DNA from: Oligoflexia bacterium
Lineage (GTDB): Bacteria; Bdellovibrionota; UBA1018
DNA length: 19,986 nucleotides
Reading direction: 5' to 3'
Assembly (NCBI GenBank): GCA_043732485.1
Contig: JAYTHP010000013.1
Coordinates: 1 to 19,986 of the forward strand
Made by a program: the position numbers and the translations under genes. This document shows, in pieces, positions 17,194 through 19,986 of this stretch; the first letter of the stretch is position 1, and each line of letters opens with the position of its first letter. Under the pieces are notes generated by a model that saw only the letters and a list, made by a program, of their open reading frames with translations, searched no databases and was not told the DNA's origin.

Positions 17194-18804
17194 ATGACGA
17201 CTTCTTTTCAATATCAAGCAATTCTTGAAACCCACGAGCATGAAACCACTTACCGCTTGCTCACCCGCGATTTTATCTCGCAGTTTCAAGGTGGCGGGGA
17301 AACCTTTTTAAAAATCAACCCCGAGGCTCTGACGCTGCTCACGGCAGCCGCAATGCGCGACATTTCGCACCTACTGCGCTCCAAGCACTTGGCCCAGCTG
17401 AAAAAAATCTACGACGATCCCGAAGCCTCGGCCAATGACCGCTTCGTGGCGCTTGAATTACTCAAAAACGCCAACATTGCCGCGGGATTTGTCTTACCCT
17501 CCTGTCAAGATACTGGCACTGCCATTGTGCTAGGCAAAAAGGGACAAAACGTGTTTACCGGTGGCAATGATGAAATTGCCTTAGCCCAAGGGGTCTTTAA
17601 AACCTTTCAATCCTCCCATCTCCGCTATTCACAACTCGCCCCGCTTAGCCTGTTTCAAGAGGTCAACACCGGGTCCAACCTGCCGGCCCAGATTGAAATC
17701 ACCGCTTGCCCGGGCGGCGAGTATCATTTTCTGTTTATTGCCAAAGGCGGAGGCTCCGCAAATAAGACCTTTTTATTTCAAGAAACCAAGGCGTTACTCA
17801 ACCCGAAGTCGCTGAAAGAGTTTTTAGCGCAAAAAATCAAGCTGCTCGGCACCTCGGCTTGTCCGCCTTATCACTTAGCGGTAGTGGTAGGTGGCCTCTC
17901 CGCAGAACACTGCTTGAAAGTCGCTAAGCTTGCCTCAACCGGTGAGCTGGACCACTTGCCTGGACAAGGCAATGCCTTGGGTCGGGGGTTTAGGGATCAG
18001 GAATTTGAACAAGAAGTCTTCCAGTTGACCCAAAGCTCTGGGATTGGTGCCCAGTTTGGTGGTAAATACTTTTGCCACGACGTGCGCGTGATTCGCTTAC
18101 CGCGTCACGCCGCTTCTTGTCCAGTGGCGCTTGCCGTTTCTTGCTCAGCCGATCGGCAGGCCCGCGGCAAAATCACGCCAGAAGGGGTGTTTTTGGAGCA
18201 ACTCGAGACCCATCCCGCCCAGTATTTGCCGGAAGTGGAGTTGCCGCAACAAGAAGCCATCCACATTGACCTCAACCGCCCGATGAGTGTCATCCGGCAG
18301 GAATTGAGTCAGTACCCGATCGCCACCCGCTTGATGCTGACCGGATCGCTGATTGTGGCGCGCGACCAGGCACACGCCAGGATCAAGGAGCAGCTGGATC
18401 AAGGCAAACCGTTACCTGACTATTTCAAAGAGTTTCTGGTGTATTACGCCGGTCCCGCAAAAACCCCTGAAGGGTTGCCTTCTGGTTCGTTTGGTCCCAC
18501 CACGGCTGGACGGATGGATTCTTACGTCGAGCTTTTTCAAGCAAACGGCGGCAGTTTCGTGATGCTCGCTAAAGGCAATCGCAGCGCCCAGGTCAAAGAA
18601 GCCTGCAAGAAATACGGGGGCTTTTACTTAGGTTCCATCGGCGGACCGGCTGCCCGCCTGGCGCAAGATTGCATCTCCAAGGTCGAGGTGTTGGATTTTC
18701 CGGAGCTAGGGATGGAAGCGGTCTTTAAGATCACGATCCACGATTTTCCGGCCTTCGTGATCATTGACGACAAGGGCAATGATTTCTTCAAAAATCTGAC
18801 TTAA
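17194..18804 (+). CDS. fumA: Class I (Fe-S) fumarate hydratase
   Basis: [64 protein letters not shown] and DDKGNDFF. 536 aa. Confidence 0.96.
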   Translation: MTTSFQYQAILETHEHETTYRLLTRDFISQFQGGGETFLKINPEALTLLTAAAMRDISHLLRSKHLAQLKKIYDDPEASANDRFVALELLKNANIAAGFVLPSCQDTGTAIVLGKKGQNVFTGGNDEIALAQGVFKTFQSSHLRYSQLAPLSLFQEVNTGSNLPAQIEITACPGGEYHFLFIAKGGGSANKTFLFQETKALLNPKSLKEFLAQKIKLLGTSACPPYHLAVVVGGLSAEHCLKVAKLASTGELDHLPGQGNALGRGFRDQEFEQEVFQLTQSSGIGAQFGGKYFCHDVRVIRLPRHAASCPVALAVSCSADRQARGKITPEGVFLEQLETHPAQYLPEVELPQQEAIHIDLNRPMSVIRQELSQYPIATRLMLTGSLIVARDQAHARIKEQLDQGKPLPDYFKEFLVYYAGPAKTPEGLPSGSFGPTTAGRMDSYVELFQANGGSFVMLAKGNRSAQVKEACKKYGGFYLGSIGGPAARLAQDCISKVEVLDFPELGMEAVFKITIHDFPAFVIIDDKGNDFFKNLT

Positions 18805-19259
18805 AGCTGGCAACTCAAACAAATTCCAAAAAACTCCAGGGTATGAGAGACCTGCAAGAAGCCCTTGGCCACCACCGGTGCATTAAGATCGCCTAACTCG
18901 CAGTCCTCTAAGACCTCAATTTTTTTGCACTTTTTACAAATGACATGATGGTGATGAAAATCATGCCGATCGTCGGTGTGTGCTAGCTCAAAGCGCGCTA
19001 AACCATCGCCAAAATCACAGCGCACGAGTACGGCAATCTTCTCCAAACTGGCAAGCGAGCGATACAAGGTCGCTAAATCACAACAGTTTTTCTCTAAAAA
19101 CTGGTAAATCTCTTCTACCGTAAAGGGACCATGCTTGCGGCGTAAAACCTCTAAAATGGCAAGCCTAGGCTCCGTGACCCGCAGGCCATGCTGCCTCATT
19201 TTCGCAAGATAAAACTCAGTGTCTGCCGTATCCGCCCGAAATCGCTTTTTTTTTGACAT
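18801..19259 (-). CDS. Fur-family metalloregulator (Fur/Zur type)
   Basis: [30 protein letters not shown] and [12 protein letters not shown]. The stop overlaps the fumarase stop (shared TTAA). Metal specificity is not assignable from sequence. Confidence 0.93.
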   Translation of the reverse strand: MSKKKRFRADTADTEFYLAKMRQHGLRVTEPRLAILEVLRRKHGPFTVEEIYQFLEKNCCDLATLYRSLASLEKIAVLVRCDFGDGLARFELAHTDDRHDFHHHHVICKKCKKIEVLEDCELGDLNAPVVAKGFLQVSHTLEFFGICLSCQL

Positions 19260-19396
19260 ATTCAGGCTCAAGCCTACCTCAAATCAAAACGGCACGCAAA
19301 AATTAGCTTCTTGTGTCTTGCTGCGCTCCCACTGCTTGCGCTCCAAACCCCACCAGCCGCTTGCCAACCAACCGCCCCCCCCTTTATAGGTCTTCA

Positions 19397-19434
19397 CTTT
19401 TGTATCGACAAAAGAAACTTTTTTGGAATAATCT
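19397..19434 (+). promoter_or_regulatory. Inverted repeat overlapping a putative promoter between the Fur-family gene and the invasin-like pseudogene
   Basis: CTTTTGT-ATCG-ACAAAAG (19397-19414), with TCGACA (-35-like, 19405-19410) and TAATCT at 19429-19434. Confidence 0.35.
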
Positions 19435-19487
19435 CAGGAGAACCAGGCAAGATAAAGACCAACAAAAACGATAACCTGGAAACTCCC

Positions 19488-19907
19488 ATGAAAAACAACC
19501 TCGTTCACGCCCACCGCTTGCTCCCTGCAAACCTCTTGCTTTTACTGATAGGCGCGCTCACCAACGGCTGCCCTTGAAAGTCCTCATCCCGAAAAACACC
19601 CGCCTAGGTATCCAGCCCTCCCACAAACCACGGTCGAGGCAGGCACGCCTACCACCATCACCCTCTACTTGCGTGACTCGACAGACCGGCTGATGATTGC
19701 TAAACGCCTTCAAGTTACCCTCCAGCGCATGAATGGTGCAAGCGGCGAGACGTTAAGCGAACTGGTCAACCAGGGAGATGGCAGCTATCAGGCAAGCTAT
19801 ACCGGCACAACCGCAGGAACCGTGGCGCGATTTCAGGGCTTGGTCACGGGCGAGAGACCTTAACTTCAAGCCTCCCGAGCTTGACGGTGAAGGCAAAGTG
19901 TGGATAA
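19488..19907 (+). pseudogene. Frameshifted invasin/Big-1 (Ig-like) domain lipoprotein
   Basis: ATG 19488 gives MKNNLVHAHRLLPANLLLLLIGALTNGC (lipoprotein-like signal) and then a stop. The next frame gives TVEAGTPTTITLYLRDS...LVNQGDGSYQASYTGTTAGT (invasin-type 'GDGxYxAxxTGTxAG'). After a GAGAGA run another frame gives TLTSSLPSLTVKAK, the expected last strand. Confidence 0.7.
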
Positions 19908-19946
19908 CGCCGACATTGGGGGCAAGCGAATGATTGTGGGAAACGA

Positions 19947-19986
19947 ATGAGCGTGGATGTCGTGGTGCTGGCGGGCGGCAAAAACA
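19947..19986 (+). CDS. N-terminus of an NTP-transferase (MobA/GlmU/sugar-nucleotidyltransferase superfamily), truncated by the window end
   Basis: ATG 19947 gives MSVDVVVLAGGKN, matching the 'xVILAGG(K/R)' nucleotide-binding start. Only 13 codons are visible. Confidence 0.55.
   Translation, partial: MSVDVVVLAGGKN

Noticed and set aside
606..18562. Numerous 60-180 aa ORFs nested in or antisense to the long genes
   Set aside because: They are shadow ORFs of well-supported genes, with no independent motifs.
19311..19487. N-terminal part of ORF 19311-19577
   Set aside because: Only the portion from ATG 19488 looks like a signal peptide. The upstream part overlaps the probable promoter region.

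Overview
A mostly housekeeping bacterial chromosomal segment, with most genes on the minus strand. The YtkA-like lipoprotein/barrel pair and the Lys-rich Cys/His-finger protein suggest a Bdellovibrionota/Oligoflexia-like host, but that is an inference from memory. Left to right: the 5' end of an AT-rich ISAzo13-family IS (missed by the ORF track) that truncates an invasin/Ig-like gene remnant; leuS; an 8 x 13-bp VNTR; a lipoprotein metallophosphoesterase; a co-directional tal - SIS/GmhA-like isomerase - Ski2/DUF3516 helicase - GT4 glycosyltransferase cluster; a divergent YtkA/FixH-like lipoprotein plus Cys-Cys outer-membrane barrel pair; a Lys-rich/CCCH/acidic-tail protein; sdhCAB divergent from class I fumarase; a Fur-family regulator; a frameshifted invasin-domain lipoprotein paralogous to the left-end remnant; and the first codons of a nucleotidyltransferase. 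The best candidates for undescribed systems are the lipoprotein/barrel metal-handling pair, the heptose-pathway/helicase/glycosyltransferase cluster and the histone-H1-like finger protein. All are hypotheses. No tRNA, rRNA or CRISPR array was seen.
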